The notes under the pieces were generated by a model that was given only the letters and a program-made list of their open reading frames with translations, did not search any database and had not been told where the DNA came from. This document shows positions 48,551 to 62,326 of a stretch of 64,000 nt of DNA, one piece after another. Origin of the DNA: Enoplolaimus lenunculus (taxonomy: Eukaryota); assembly GCA_030248215.1 (NCBI GenBank), contig JASANG010000273.1, forward strand, positions 186,001 through 250,000. The letters run 5' to 3'. The position numbers were made by a program, and so were the translations under genes. Positions within the stretch are counted from its first letter, which is position 1. Every line of letters begins with the position of its first letter.

Positions 48551-50188
48551 CTTTTTCAAAACTTGCCAAATATATATATCCAATGCCAAAAGGGTACTTT
48601 TTGACGCAAAATTCAATTGTTTACCCAGGAAAAATAATAAAAAGGGGAAAATTTATTAGTTAAAGTGATTTGAGAATAAAAGACCCATTGAATGGTAAAA
48701 TTTTGGTGTCTAGCCATGATTGAGACTGTTGCTATTATTAAAATTAATTTATAAATCAACAAAATGAGATTGTTCGCACACAATGGTATAACGTTTTTCG
48801 TGTTATAAAAAGTGGTTATAAAAATGCTAATGACGAGTTTTGAACAACGCATAAAAAACCGTTTAATTATCTTTGACTGAGGTCGTACGACGTGTATTAG
48901 AACCAAGTGATTCAGAGACAGAAGATGACAAACCGGACGACAATAGTTCAAATGACGACTCAGAATCAGTTGAGTTAGGTCAATGCAGTAGTGAAGAGGC
49001 TGCTATTTATGAGCAAGATAGTGATGGTGAATTACAAAAACAATCGGACGCATCTAGTAGTGAGTTGAGCGATATGGACGAGACTTCTAGTGGAAGTAAT
49101 GTGTTTTTGTCAGCGACGGGTGTTGTGGCATTCTACAACACCGCCTGTCCGTGTGTTAGCTAGAAATATAATTCGCTTTCGCGAAGGCACTGCAGTAAAC
49201 CCTACAACAGAGTCACAAGCATTTTATCTTTATATAAACGAGCCCATTTTACATACAATTCAGCGACTCACTAGTAGGCGACTGCGGGCGCGCAATTTTT
49301 CAACGCTACCAATGTGCGAGCTGAAAGCTTGGCTTGGGGTGGTAATCAGAGCTGGTGCAGATCGCGATAACATGTCTCCAGTGGCTTCACTATTCACCAA
49401 AAACGACAGCAGGCCCTTTTACCGCTGCGCGCTGTCAAAAAACAGAATGAAACAGTTGCTGGAAAATGTAACATTCGACAACAAACTGACTCGCCGGGAG
49501 CGTCAAAAAAGTGACAAAATGGCTGCTATACGAGATGTTTGGGACCTATTTCAGTCCAACTTACGTCTTCATTATATACCGTCCGAATCACTTACAGTAG
49601 ATGAACAGCTCTACGGGTATAGAGGATATGCACCGGGGCGAGCGTACATGCCGGCGAAACCTGCTAAGTACCGTTGCACAACGCATTCATTGTCATGAAA
49701 CTGAACGGATATCAAAAGTCACGCAATGTTTTCATGAAAAAAGTAGCCGAACAACTAGCGCAAGACAATATGACCAAACGTTACAGTAGTGAAAAAATTT
49801 ACGCAAAATCAAAGGATTCATTTATGGCTTACGGGCTGCCTCAAAAGCGAAACGAACCTTCTACATCTGGTAAACCGACCAAATGTCAGGTCACAAGTTG
49901 TCGCAAATCTACGAGATTGAGCTGTTCGTCATGTGGAAAACGAGTGTGCAAGGACCACATGAATCGCACCATAACGTGCAACGACTGTGCTTAACTGGAC
50001 AACGCGCCCGCAGTGGGAGGCTGGACGGGGAGCGGGTGGAACTCCGCCAGAACACTAGTTCTGACTGTCTCAAGCCAGTTAAAGGAGGAGAGCACCCTGA
50101 GATAAGCCAAAACTAACGCTAGTTGTGTTGTCTACATATGTAGACCGTTGGGCTGATTAAGGTGAAAATTTTGCCGGGCCGTTGAGGG
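48551..50188 (+). mobile_element. piggyBac DNA transposon remnant (right end intact, left TIR not found)
   Basis: Ends ...GGGCCGTTGAGGG|TTAA (50189-92), with a subterminal perfect palindrome GTCTACATATGTAGAC at 50130-50145. Contains transposase fragments. Confidence 0.85.
48873..49994 (+). pseudogene. piggyBac-type transposase pseudogene (frameshifted, internally deleted)
   Basis: Acidic N-terminus, then LTVDEQLYGYRG...YMPAKPAKY (first catalytic D region), then a jump to LHNAFIV and a C-terminal Cys-rich domain (CQVTSC...CSSCGKRVCKDH...CNDC). Spread over three ORFs. Confidence 0.9.
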
Positions 50189-53100
50189 TTAAACAGCGTT
50201 TTGTTTCTAGCGATTCTTTTCAGAATTTCATTGCTTACAAAGTTGTTTTGAAGGATGTTGTTTGAAACGCGAAAAGTGTTTAAAGACAGTATTTTGTTTT
50301 AGACATCATACCGCACTTTTAAAAAACCCCGGCCAATATATAGAACACGGTCGTTACAGTAGTATATAGAAGCATATTCCTAAGACTAAACCGCCTATGC
50401 GTATAGATGACCTCATACCTCAGCTTAAGCCTAAACTTAAGCAAAAAATTCGTCTTGATCTTAACATTGAACAAAAAACCCGAAGTTTAGCTTGTGACGG
50501 GACTGGTCAAGCATAAGCAGATCGGTTAACTACTGCTACTTTTTGCAGTCGTAAGGGCAATTGATAAAAAGTTCTTGCGCCAAGTGACTACTACATTAGT
50601 ATATATTAAAGGTGAAAGATGTAAATGTTGCTATTGCGTTGACTAGTATTTAATATTTCTATCATAAAGAATGCAGTATTTATTAACTATTTATGATAGA
50701 CTCGGCTTCTTTCAAGGAAAAACACACAGGGTTAATATGTTTCATGCTTACAAAAACTAATATATTCTACAACGATAAGCTGTTACGAATGATTATCATC
50801 ATATTGATCATGTAAACTATGTCGCGTATATTATGCAGGGGTCGTGTAGAATTTAATAAATTGTAAGACAGGGACTTTAAAACTATTTTGGAATGAAATT
50901 TTTGTGTTTTTATTATGCAAAATTTTCTGATTTCTAAAATGGCGACTATCCCAGCCTACCACCCACCTCTCATGAAACTTCAAATAATTCAGTAATACAC
51001 ACAAAAGCGTTTAGGTTCTTTAAGTGTCCAAGCTACTGAGGTATTTTCGGTTTTGGTGGCAATAATTTTTGCCTTGTTCAGAATTCTACTTGGTGTACGC
51101 GCATGATATTGTGGATTTTGCATTACAATAATTCGCTTATATTTACCGCGGCTTTCTTTTTTAATCTGGTTTGTGAAACCGTGAGGAAAAACCCTGTACG
51201 GGCGCGTAGCCAAGGGGTGCCAGTGGAGGCTCAGCCCGCCAACCTTGCTTGTAAGTCATTGAAACCCTCGTACGGCCCGTCCTGAAAAACTTCCAACCCC
51301 ACCTAGCAATGTGAGCTGGCTCTGGGCGTGTCCTGTAACACAAATTTTTGGCTGCTCAGATACCGAAAGTTTCTAATTAAGCTTAATTCCAATTCACACG
51401 TGCAAGTTTTTGTGCGAGAACTTGCAATTCCATCTTGCATTTGCACGTGTTGTCCAAAATCCCGTTCGAAAAACTTGCACCTGCAAATAATTCATTAAAA
51501 ATCAAAGCTAGGAATTTAGTTGTAGGTTTAGGAATATGCTTATGCTGCTGTTACGGCCCTGATCTATACATAGGCGAAAATTATTAACATTGCGTTTGGC
51601 TTTAGTTCGCTTTCCTCGCGAAGTTCATTTCACTACACGTCTTTAAAGAGACTGCAACAGAGTAAGCTTTCGACTACTTTTTGCTTAAGCTTTAGGTTTA
51701 GGAATATGCTTATGATACTATTACCACCCTGATCTATATATTGGTCAAAATTCAATAAAGTTGAATCAACTGTCCAATGTGCAACGGGATTGCAGATAAG
51801 CCAGGATAATTTGAAGAAGCATACCTGAACGAATATCGCTGCGAATGTACTTAGTCTAATTTGCACAAAAAGTTTAGGCTTACTTTAAAAAGCTTTCGAC
51901 TGAGAGATGAGGTGGGAGTAATTTTCGTTGCCCGTCTTATATTAGCCCTGGAGCATGTTTCACTTTGGGTTGCGCCCTAAAATTTACCTATAATCCTTTC
52001 ATATAATCTAGTGATACACTGAACTCTGACTAGAAATATGCTAAACACTGTTCTAAAACCTTAATATGAACAAATCTAGAAAGATTACTAAATAAACATG
52101 TTATTGGCAACATTAATAGTTTATATTCTACCTGGATGAAATAGTTTCGGTTAATACCTAGGATTAAAACTAGCAAGTTTTTTCAGTTTATCTCCTGCTT
52201 TGCGCAAACTCAGTCTTACAACAACTTGCTACTTTTATATATATTCAAAGTTGAACTAAGTTTGAATTGAACTAAAATTTTTCAAACTGAGTTCATTTCT
52301 TCTTCATTTGATTACAATTGTAAAACGATGGCATAAATCTTTGTTTACACCTAAGGCCTAACTTTAGAATACATGTATGTGTAGAAAATTGTTAGATCAA
52401 AGTCTTATATTTCAAACTTACTTTCGTTAAACGTTTATAAAGCAAAACCTTAATCCTTGTCTGGTGTTATAGTTTTCAGCGTCAATGAAAAGATCGAGGG
52501 CGGACTGTTTTCCCGCGAACCCGCGATGGTGTAAGATTAAGCATTAGGCTATGTTTTTGCTTAGGCTTAAGCTTAGGTGTAGGCTTATTCTTACGCTTAG
52601 GCTGAGTAATCTGATAATACTACTGTTACGGCCCTATTCTATACATTGGCCCGTTTGAAAATGCCTGAACACGAAAATAATTAGCTTAGATTCTGTTTTA
52701 CTGTACACACAACTAAAATAAGATTTTCGGACATTTCGTTATGGCAAAAATATGTAAATCGGATAACGGATGTAATTAACAAACTATAGATACAGGTTAG
52801 TTATAGATTATTTCGAGATTACTATCTATTTTAGATCTTTAATTCTAGTTGCCGTTGAGTTGGTTAACCTTTAGTCTGGCGGCAATAGCGGCGGACCAAG
52901 GATATAGAATAGGATGCTAGTTGTTTCAAAATTTATACTTTTTAAAGTGTGCTTAGCAGTTAAAATATTTCAAAACTTACAAATTGCACCGAATAAGCAT
53001 GATTTTTCAAACTCGTGTAGAACCATTGCGACGTATTTTAGTTGATTTTGGCTAAAAAACATATTGTGAGATTTATGCATATGATCTATTTGCGTTGTAA

Positions 53101-53329
53101 ACATTTCAACGGGGCCGGTTCAAAAATTGCACAATTCCATCTCAATTTGAATCCGCCATATGAAACCAGAACAATTATTAAGTTTCAATACTGCAGTAAA
53201 ATTAAAAATCAGTAAAACTACTACAACAAAAGTTATAACGAAAAAAATTACACAACATACAATGGTGAGTAAGACAATGAATGGGTTATAGAGAGTCCAC
53301 TTAAACCAACCCTTATAAAATCATCTATT

Positions 53330-54330
53330 CAAATCAACCTAATAGAAACACTTTTTAAACACAGCCACGCTCGTTGCATTAACTACGGAATGCGGTAGCG
53401 AGTTCGAAGGCTACGCAATTAATATTTGACAAAAAATATTTACAGCCTTCAAGTCGTGCTCTTCGCTTGCAGCATTTGCGCGTTATAGAACAAGTGTCTG
53501 GGTATTGTGTGAACTTGAAAAATATTGACGGATTAAATTTCAACGCAACCGCATATGATTTTATATGTTTAAATCAGAGTGTAATGTGCCAAGCTCTAAA
53601 CTGTCTACACCCGTAATTTTCGTCGTAAGTATATGACGTGACAGACAAGGTAGCTTTGATGCAGCCTTTGAACCGTTTTCCAAATCTTTTATATCTTTCG
53701 CTAGATAAGGATTCAATGCCTGTGAACAATATTCTAGGCAAGGTCTGATGCTAAATTTATACATTCGCTGTAACATGAACCTTTGAAATATCTTACATAA
53801 CAAAAGTTTAACATTTAAAAATTAAAAGACATTTTCGCGACGTCGGCAAAACGTTTGTCATCAGAGAATTTTACATTTTACTTTCCAAATCAATTATGCA
53901 GTTCAAATAGAGCAATGGTCCTTGCACGCTTCGATGAGGGTCACCAAACAGATCAGATGTGACTTCGGAATTTTCGTTGTCTGTGACACTGTTTGCGATT
54001 ATGTAGATAACTTCTTAGCCAAATCAGAACGTTTCCATGAACCCCAATATTGTCAACTTTGGCAAAAGTTTACAATAAAAAACTAAATCAAATGCCTTAG
54101 AAACATCAAGATAGCAAACATCAACAAATTTCCATCATCTGATTCTTTTGTTCCAGAGTTAAAGACAAGTCAATAGGTTTGTTACAGTCAAACGACCGCT
54201 TTAGAAAACTAAACTGATATTAGACAACAATTAATGAACAGATCAGAAATTACCCTTTTTACAATTGATTCAAATACAAAACTTAACGATGATAAACAAG
54301 GCCACTGGTGTATTGTCACTAACTTCGGAT
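53330..54330 (-). pseudogene. Decayed non-LTR (CR1/L2/Jockey-group) reverse transcriptase, 3' part
   Basis: Minus-strand motifs in the expected order: VTNLL, CYLDVSKAFD, GVHGNVLIWLRSYLHNRKQC, GDPHRSVQGPLLYLNCIIDL (degenerate GVPQGSVLGPLLF.IYINDL) and IRPCLEYCSQALNPYLAKDIKDLE. Confidence 0.88.
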
Positions 54331-56340
54331 TTTGAGTGCTTTTATGCAGTGGATGTTTTTGACATTTTCATATTTTTCCTGTGACATATGCGTCCAATGA
54401 TTTTAAGCAGCAAGTAAATTGGTTGTAATGACGGCATATAAAAGTTTTTGAAGCAAATAACAAGCAGCCCTCAACGGGTCAGGGAGACGGGGTACGCATG
54501 TCTTGTATGCGTCACGTAAGACAACTGGTGTTAAACCGCATGAGGGAACTTCTATGATCATAGAATAATTTATTACTTATTGTACGCAAAATTGACTTTG
54601 TTTTCAGTATGTGTTGAAACGAAACAATTGTGTATGGAACTTTATTAGCTAATATCTACTAAGAACGGATCTAAAACCATTGGGATGTGAATACAACGTT
54701 CGAGAAAGATGCAGCTTGCGCTGATATGTAAACAGTGTAATGACAGATCCAGAAATTTTATACAAACTCAATTTGATTAAGTATCAGCACAAAAAGTTTA
54801 GCTTTTTGTGACATCGCCTGAAGGTATGTGCAATTATAAATAATACACCTAATCAACAATTAAGAATGTGAACGGTCACATTTGTGAGCATAGCGGTTGG
54901 CTAGCGGATTCACAAATTTCATGTGGTGGGACGTTTTTTAATGATGGAGACCGGATCGAATCAAGCTCTACATGAGCACTCATAAGGCGAAACTGCGCAA
55001 GCAAAGTGACAAACTATAAACTGAGGTCAAAAACTTTGGGATTTGGCATATGTCTTATAAATCTCTCGGCAATTATGTCTTGAAACTCTACGAAGAGTTA
55101 TTAAAACTAAACTCAAATTTCTGTAAACCTATGGTAAATTTCACTAGTAAAATTGGCAGAACTTACGGCAAAAATTATACCGGAGCCAGAGGTAGACCTT
55201 TGGTCGTACCTTAGATAGTATACTTGACGGCTAAAATCTCAAATTCACTAACGGCAGACAGCAGATTTTATACATTGGTGAATATCAAACACAAAATTGA
55301 CCTCTTGTTGGGTTCCAATAGGATCTCGTTGCGAGCAGCGGGAGAGAGGGAGGGTGCTTTCACACTTGAGACACCTATCCAGTGTAAGTACGACTACGAG
55401 ACAATTTATTAAAAGATCAGTTTTCCATCAGCATGAAACGTGTCAGGCGTCATGTGTAATCTTACAACCCTCTGGCAACAAATGTTGTTGAGTTAATGCT
55501 CAAAAAACGCAAACTGCTATAATTGACCGGTGCTTATGAATCAACAAATTACTTTTTCTTGCACTTTCAAAAATAAATTAAGCTGTTTCATTTGTTCTTT
55601 GATCCGAGTATTAATCAAAAAATTAAACTCTTAAAACATCACTGCTTTTGTACGATGACATATGAAAGAAAGGTCAAAAATTTTGTTAACAATGACGTCC
55701 AACCAGGAATGCAAGGAACCTGCACTACTTGGCGGAGGTATGAAATTTGGACCTCACCAGGCATGAAATAAAACTTCGCTATCTCATAGCAAATGACGTG
55801 CTAAATTCAATGTTGCCATTCCTAGGCCTGCAGGCCCTCAGGTTCAAATGTTATGGGTCATTGAAGTTTTAGTACACTTATACGCACTTTATACATATTA
55901 GCGTAAACAAAAAATATTCTTTGTTGACAAAAGGGCTCAATTGGTTAGAGCGTGGTTTACGAATTCGTTGGTACACATGTTATTAGCTTCTGAGCCAGTT
56001 CGTGTCACGCTTGAAGTTTGTAGTTTGTTCATCGTTTTACCTTCCCATGTTACATTAAGGGGCGTCCAGGTTTCTGGTGGGTCTATAAAAGAGTAGGTTT
56101 AGATTCTAGATTACATTTTTTTTGCTTAGGCATAGGCTTAGGCTTAGGCTTAGGCTTAGGAATACGCTTTTGCAACGCTTAGGCTTAGGCTTAGGAATAC
56201 GATTAATTTGCTGTTACTCCCCTTAAAGTAACATTGGCCGTTTTACCTGTTTACTTTTTCCACTGGCCAAACGAAAAACGTAGCGTTTAACCATTACAAG
56301 CAATTCAACATGTGTTTACGCCTGGAAGTTCGGAAAGTCC

Positions 56341-56650
56341 CCTTTAGGCCACCGTCTGGCAAGTCCAACTAACCGATCCAGGGAGCAGAAAATGGGCAAT
56401 AAAAAAGTGCAACGTTTGGGCATCCGTCTAATCAACCATAGTTATAAAGCCCTGGAACTGTTTCGTATTGTAAATTCCAAGGATCCATTGGACAGGTATA
56501 TTTCTGTCCCGGTGATGTTTCCGGCGTGCCACAACGGTTTCGTTCACCTGAACGATTACTCCGGGACCCCAAAAGTCCATGCGGTTTATTTGGTCGCGAA
56601 TTATGTCATACCAGTGGATGATTGTGGCATTTCGGATGCCAGACAGACTG
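56341..56650 (-). pseudogene. Merlin / IS1595(ISXO2)-like DDE transposase relic (weaker similarity may extend ~55950-56980)
   Basis: GIRNATIIHWYDIIRD...GPGVIVQVNETVVARRKHHRDRNIPVQWILGIY...MVD*TDAQTLHFFIAHFLLPGS matches the Merlin pattern GGPGxxVEIDE...RKYxRGR...WVFG...VxDRxAxTL..II...I.PGT. It has an in-frame stop and D>N at the catalytic position. Confidence 0.8.
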
Positions 56651-59600
56651 GCGACCGTATTTACTGGTATTTTATTTCATGTATTCCAAGGAACTCCAAA
56701 TAACTTCGTTTCCCTCCAAACCATTGAATCATGTCACAATCTGTAGCACCATAAAAGGTGCAAACAGCGAACAGCATAGTTGGATTGCTTGAAATGGTTA
56801 AAATTTACTTTTTTCGTTGGACCACAACAAAAAGTAAACCGAGACAGATTAATACTCCACAACAACGTTATTACCTTCAGAACTGTTTTTACGATGATAA
56901 AACTCTGAATTAATTCCAGTATCGACAATAAATTGAAAAGATTAGCCGTATTCCTATTATTTAAAATATATTCGCCTTCCATACATTAAATATTAAGTAC
57001 TTTGAATACGAAGCTGCAAAAGGTTTTGGATTTTTGATTTTTGTACTCCAGCCTTTTGCTTTGTCTTGCTTCATTTGTAGTTTTTTTACAATGTTCAAAA
57101 TTTCGCAAAGTTCGCTATAATAAGAACTTTTAATGTAACGATTTTTGGTTTTTTTGTTTAATAGTTGGGATACCGTAGTGAAAATCGTGAATTTTTAAAT
57201 CTGCACCAGAAAACAGATATTTTTCAATTCTTAAAACACATTTTTTCGACAAAAAAAGATGCTGCCAGTTAAAAGACGCAAAAACGACGAAAAAACATTC
57301 GAAGTTTGTATAAGTTCTATTTTTCTGTGAACCTTAACCCTAACGCATAGCCCAAAACGCTTGATTTACCTGTATGAGTTTATAAATTTATCTGATTTAC
57401 AAAATGAAATTAAATTTCGATCACATCGTGTAGGAACCGCGAAAACCATATATATTGTGAACAACATATTGTAAAGCGACATTCGTTCATAAAATGTTCG
57501 AACCACCATAACAAAGTGGTGCTTTGGGATTTTCCCAGTCCACACAGGGCAAAATCAGATCACCTTACAAAGAATGGATGAATATAAAAACATTCCGTGA
57601 CAAACGAACAGTGCATTAGAGTTATTCTGGCATGAAAACAAAAAAAAATCGGGATATACTTATTAACAATCGAAGTAACATCAAACAAAATAATAGGACG
57701 TATGCTATGCATTGATAATTATTCTGTAAGATAGACAGTTATACATGTTTCCGTGGCGGCTGTCTCATGAAACCTGGCAATATTGCGACAATTTTTTCGT
57801 CGCAGATAATGACGTTCTCACCGTTCCTTAAGGACGCCCATCCGTATTTTTTTAAAAAACTTAACAAAGTCGAGCGGCGTGTCCGCGTCCATCGTCATAC
57901 CGTCGTTTATGCAAAACGACTAAACCAAATTGTAGTTGAAAAACTATTATGCGATGCCATGCGTAAATTCATGTGCGTTGCCGTACAGTGTCTAACGACA
58001 CCAGTCAGCGTTAAAATAGCCCAAATCTAATAGCGCCGGCCTAATTTAATTTGTACTTAAAACTTCCAACAATTTTGACAAACAAAACATTTTGTAGTTG
58101 AGACGTTTTGTATATCTCCGTCTCTGTTGGTATATTTGTATGCATTTATTGCATGAGTTCAAAGAAATGATCAGCGTTAAGATTTTTACTTAAGTTTTGG
58201 TAGCTTATAAAAGTTGATGTTTTTAATTTTTTAATTAGCGAGTTTAAGGAAACATTTTTGTATGCAAATAATTCCTGAAATCTAGTTTAATTTTGAGTTT
58301 GATGTCGTTTGTATATTTAAAATTTTCTACTTGGCACTATTGATAACTAACTTTGCCAAAATTATTGATCTGCAACTTAAGTCCTTTTCAGACTTAAAAC
58401 TGAAATATGTTCAATTCAAAGGTCGGCTTAAGAGTCACGTCTCTACAAAACCGCTAGGTACTGATCTCACTCGAAAACAGCGAACCAAACATCATTGTGA
58501 CTACATTATATAGACAAGTAAGCTGCTAGCTGATTAAAAAGAAATCTTGCTATTTTCACTAAAAGCGTAAGGTTGAACTCGTAGGTAAGTATATTTAGGA
58601 ACTTCGGGCAGTGGCGGACGGATCCATGGGGATTTGCAAAATGTATTTCCTTATCGGCCATGTTTTTGTGACAACTTTGCTTTGCAGATGGTACATCTAA
58701 AGCTCACAATGCATTTTTAGCCAACAGGTCAAAAAATTTGGCAATGATACATCGCAAATTCAACATTATTCAATCGTGAAGTATACAAAAAGATTGCTAA
58801 AATGCACTTTTCGGTAGAGTTTCCAAACACAAAAACTGCTCTGCCTCAATGAAAAATTCTGGATCCGTCCAGTGATTGTTGTTAGTACGTGGTATAAGCA
58901 AAAGGAAATTTGGTTAAAAGTTTAAGCTTGAAGCACAGCTAAAATTACCTTAACCGCTGTTCCGCGTAATAAAATGGGTCATCCGAAAAAATATGTTCTT
59001 GTTTTACTTTGAAGTCATACCTGAAACAACTATTCACAGCGTCTATTTACCAGAATAAAGGTGTGGAGTTTATGCGTTAATTCGGCCTTATAGGCTTACT
59101 TAGGCTTGGGAATAGGCTTACGCTCGGAAATCTGCTGAATGTTGCAGTTAGGCTTGTGCTAAAAGTAAGCTTAGGCTGATAATATACACAACTCTGCAAT
59201 TATCATTGTCCCTTGCTCGGCAGGTAAATACTTTGGTTTAAAAAACACGCTTACAGTTTGAGGACTGATATTTAAACCTTATCATTCAAACAGAACAAAC
59301 ACAAAAAACATATAAAAACAAAAAGTATTACAGCGACAAGTTGTTAATGCAATTCCACTATGGCGAGAAGCGTGATTGCCAGGGTACAACTGAATGCCTA
59401 CCTCCGGATCCGACTCCGGCAATTTCGATGATGAAATATTTTTGTATTTTATAAAAATTGGGCCCTTCAGCGAGTTTATTTATACCATTTAGCCAATTTT
59501 AAAACCAAATATCTATAAAAAAGGAAATTTCTGAACGATTATTTTGACCATCTTTTGGAAATTTTTGTCGATATTTTGAAATTCAACAATATTTTAACAA

Positions 59601-59880
59601 TGCGATTTTGTTTTGCCTAGGGCTCCGTTTCCGGTTTCGCTTGCGGCTTATTATATTAACCTCTGGTTCTGGTTTGTTCACCTCATGTGGCACCCTTGAT
59701 TATTGCACAATGCCTAGTTGTGTTTTGGGCCGATATATACTGTTAGGAAGGCATAAAAAAAGACCCTATTAGGTTTTAGAGGCATATATATAATTGAGAT
59801 CTAGAAACACGTGAAAATAACTGCTTACATAAAAATTTAACAGCATGCTTATTAACATTCCACAAACTTTAAAGACTTAC

Positions 59881-60059
59881 CATCTCAGCTGTTCAATGAG
59901 TATGTCTTGTTCTCGAGGAGACTCGGGTAACGGAATGAGCTTAGGTCCAATCCATAGGTTGTCCCAAGTTGAATGACAGCGTTGAAGTGCGGCTGCTCGC
60001 GGATTTCGGACCACAACATAACCGGAACCGGATAAGGGGTCTTCGAATTTGTACAGATC
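59881..60059 (-). CDS. Probable internal coding exon of the same gene
   Basis: TTTTTATAG acceptor and GTAAGT donor. Open in phase 0 (DLYKFEDPLSGSGYVVVRNPRAAALQRCHSTWDNLWIGPKLIPLPESPREQDILIEQLR), phase-compatible with the upstream exon, and GC-richer than its flanks. Confidence 0.6.
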
Positions 60060-60097
60060 CTATAAAAATATCAGCAATTGACTAAGATAAGAGAACG

Positions 60098-60306
60098 TAT
60101 TCTCAAATACTTGCCGCAACTATCACCAGGTGCTAATATATTTTGTAATTTTTGAACCAGTGAAGGGTGATATTCGAAACTCCGCGTGTTTTTTCCCATC
60201 GGTTTGACCTATTTCCATACAAACTTCCCGATTCATTATTGCAGGAGTTTGTCAGTTTGAAAACGTGTCGCTAACTGGCGATAGTTGCAATACGCATTTG
60301 AGAATA
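60098..60306. mobile_element. MITE with ~33-bp imperfect TIRs
   Basis: TATTCTCAAATACTTGCCGCAACTATCACCAG versus the reverse complement of the right end, TATTCTCAAATGCGTATTGCAACTATCGCCAG. Confidence 0.65.
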
Positions 60307-61317
60307 TGAGCCAAATATTAGTAGATTTCCAAACAAGTGAATGCGACAGCTGTGAACGTGAAATTATGGACAGTCGAAATGTAAGGTTAATTCAAAAATA
60401 AGCTAATGATCGACGCTGACCATTGGTTGATTCATAAGTTACAGGATATATCACCAACTTGCAATAGGTGCCACACGCAATTAAAAATCCGGTGTCAAAC
60501 TTTGATGTATTCTTTAGGTAGAGGCTTAAGTTTAAGCTTAGGAATTGATTTAGACTAATGCCACACCCCTAAAAATAGCATTAGCTATTGAATTGTTGAA
60601 ATGAAGTTTAAGCTGATGACAAGCAAAATTGTAACAAAAAATATGCCAGGCAAAATTGTAACAAAAATATATGCCAGACATATATTTTGAAGAAAATTTG
60701 CTAGGATTGTGAAAAATAGATATTTTTATGCAAACACTTGATTGAAAAGTTATCCTTATTTTAAGCATCCTACACGTTTATTGATATAAGACGAGCATTT
60801 GGTAGAGTTTGTTTGGCCTACGCAGGATGGGACCAATCAGAAGGTTTTTTCCCAGCAATCTACTGCCCCCTCCATCTCCCTAAATCAAAACCGAAATCTA
60901 TTACCTAACGAAAGGCGAACAAGAAAATTTTTTAATGTTACTTTACAGACATAACAGCAATAATAGCCAAAGCATATAAATTTATTTTAATGCCTAAACT
61001 ACTGGCGGATTCAAGGACGACCACCAAAACCTTTGCCATCAAACAGAGATAAAAACCAAAATTTCGCATGAAAAATTTAGCACTAAAATTGCGTTTGGCG
61101 CTTCATGTGCGCTTCGCTTGTTAGCTTTTTTATTAACGATCCTATGTTCCGCATCCCCAGTAATAAATTTTTGCATCCGACACTGAACCAATAACGTGGC
61201 TAACTTTTAGCCCTGCTTGTAATATGTGATTTTAATTGCAATGCGCTCGTAAAAGTGTTTTGCCCTCAATGGCTGGTTGATCAGGCTACATGCTTAGCCA
61301 CCAAATCAAACGCGTAC

Positions 61318-61467
61318 TTGTGAATACAACCGCGATGTTGTCAGTTTCACGGGAGTACTTGGCAACGCTCCAGAACTCGCAGCTGAGCTACAGCTAACGT
61401 TTGCCGAATGCCCAGTTGAAAACAACTTCAACGATAGTTTAGCTGCGTATTCGAGAAACGTCATCAT
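61318..61467 (-). CDS. Probable first coding exon of an unidentified host gene
   Basis: AG acceptor before 61473, AAAAATG start context, 50 open codons (MMTFLEYAAKLSLKLF...SRLYSQ) and donor CAA|GTACGC in phase 0. Confidence 0.5.
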
Positions 61468-61519
61468 TTTTGTCTATTTTTAAATGTTATGTAAACATGT
61501 TTAATACTCAGTAACCTTC

Positions 61520-61636
61520 AGAGTTTCGCTATACTTTCTTGTGCCGCTCGACGCCGTCCCTTTTCGTACGGCGTCGCGCCTTAGCGGACGCCTCCGCTGC
61601 CGCTCAATGCCGCACGGCGAGTATAGCGCAACCCTT
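61520..61636. mobile_element. GC-rich MITE family (TIR ~AGGGTTGCGCTATAC; possibly PIF/Harbinger)
   Basis: AGAGTTTCGCTATACT...AGTATAGCGCAACCCT. Relatives at about 31968-32125, 11545-11660 and 36950-37080. Confidence 0.6.
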
Positions 61637-62326
61637 ACAGCTCGGAATCCGTAGGACGAAATTGCCCTAGACGTTACTCAGAGCAGTGGTGGATTAAGAG
61701 CAAGGCCTCCGCCAGGGCATCCGCGCCCCCTCAACTGCAGGATGATGCCCATTGTATTAAGGTATCATTCATAGGCGCAGCAGCTTTATGCAAAACAGGG
61801 GGCGCACACGCGGGACCGCAATATATCATGGGATAAGCAAACTTGTGACAGAAGCGAGCGATTAGCTAAAATTGTGCCGAATGCGGAAATTGATCGCATG
61901 ATGAATCGGTTTCGCCATGGAGACCTTTAGTTCCGTGGGCGCTCTCTAGAGGATTGGAAGGAACGCTTAGCTGCAGCACTGAAAACTGAATTTTACATAT
62001 TAATCACGTTTCTTTAATGTTTTGACTATTAACTCGTGATATGCGCTAAAGCCATTTGAGACCACTGTCCGTTGGTGAAACCGCGGAACAGACAAAAACA
62101 CTTTCTTTGCGTGGAAAGCACTTCAAGGGATTGTTTTAGCGTAAAAATGACAAAAAACGATAAATTTTGAAGATAAGGATTGCTACAAGATTAATATTGC
62201 AAATTGCATCTGCAAAACTTATACATATATATGTATATATGTATATACATATAAATATAGATTCTATAAGTATATTCTATATATATTTATATATGTATTT
62301 ATACATATATTTAAATATATATGTAT

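Noticed and set aside
54468..54480. CCCTCAACGG as the missing piggyBac left TIR
   Set aside because: It is on the wrong side of the element, lacks TTAA and is only a short match.
55933..55960. tRNA-like GCTCAATTGGTTAGAGCGTGGT
   Set aside because: Only a D-arm-like stretch is present, with no T-arm/B box or acceptor stem.
56120..56200. True telomere or chromosome end
   Set aside because: The TTAGGC runs are short, degenerate and embedded in a dispersed MITE.
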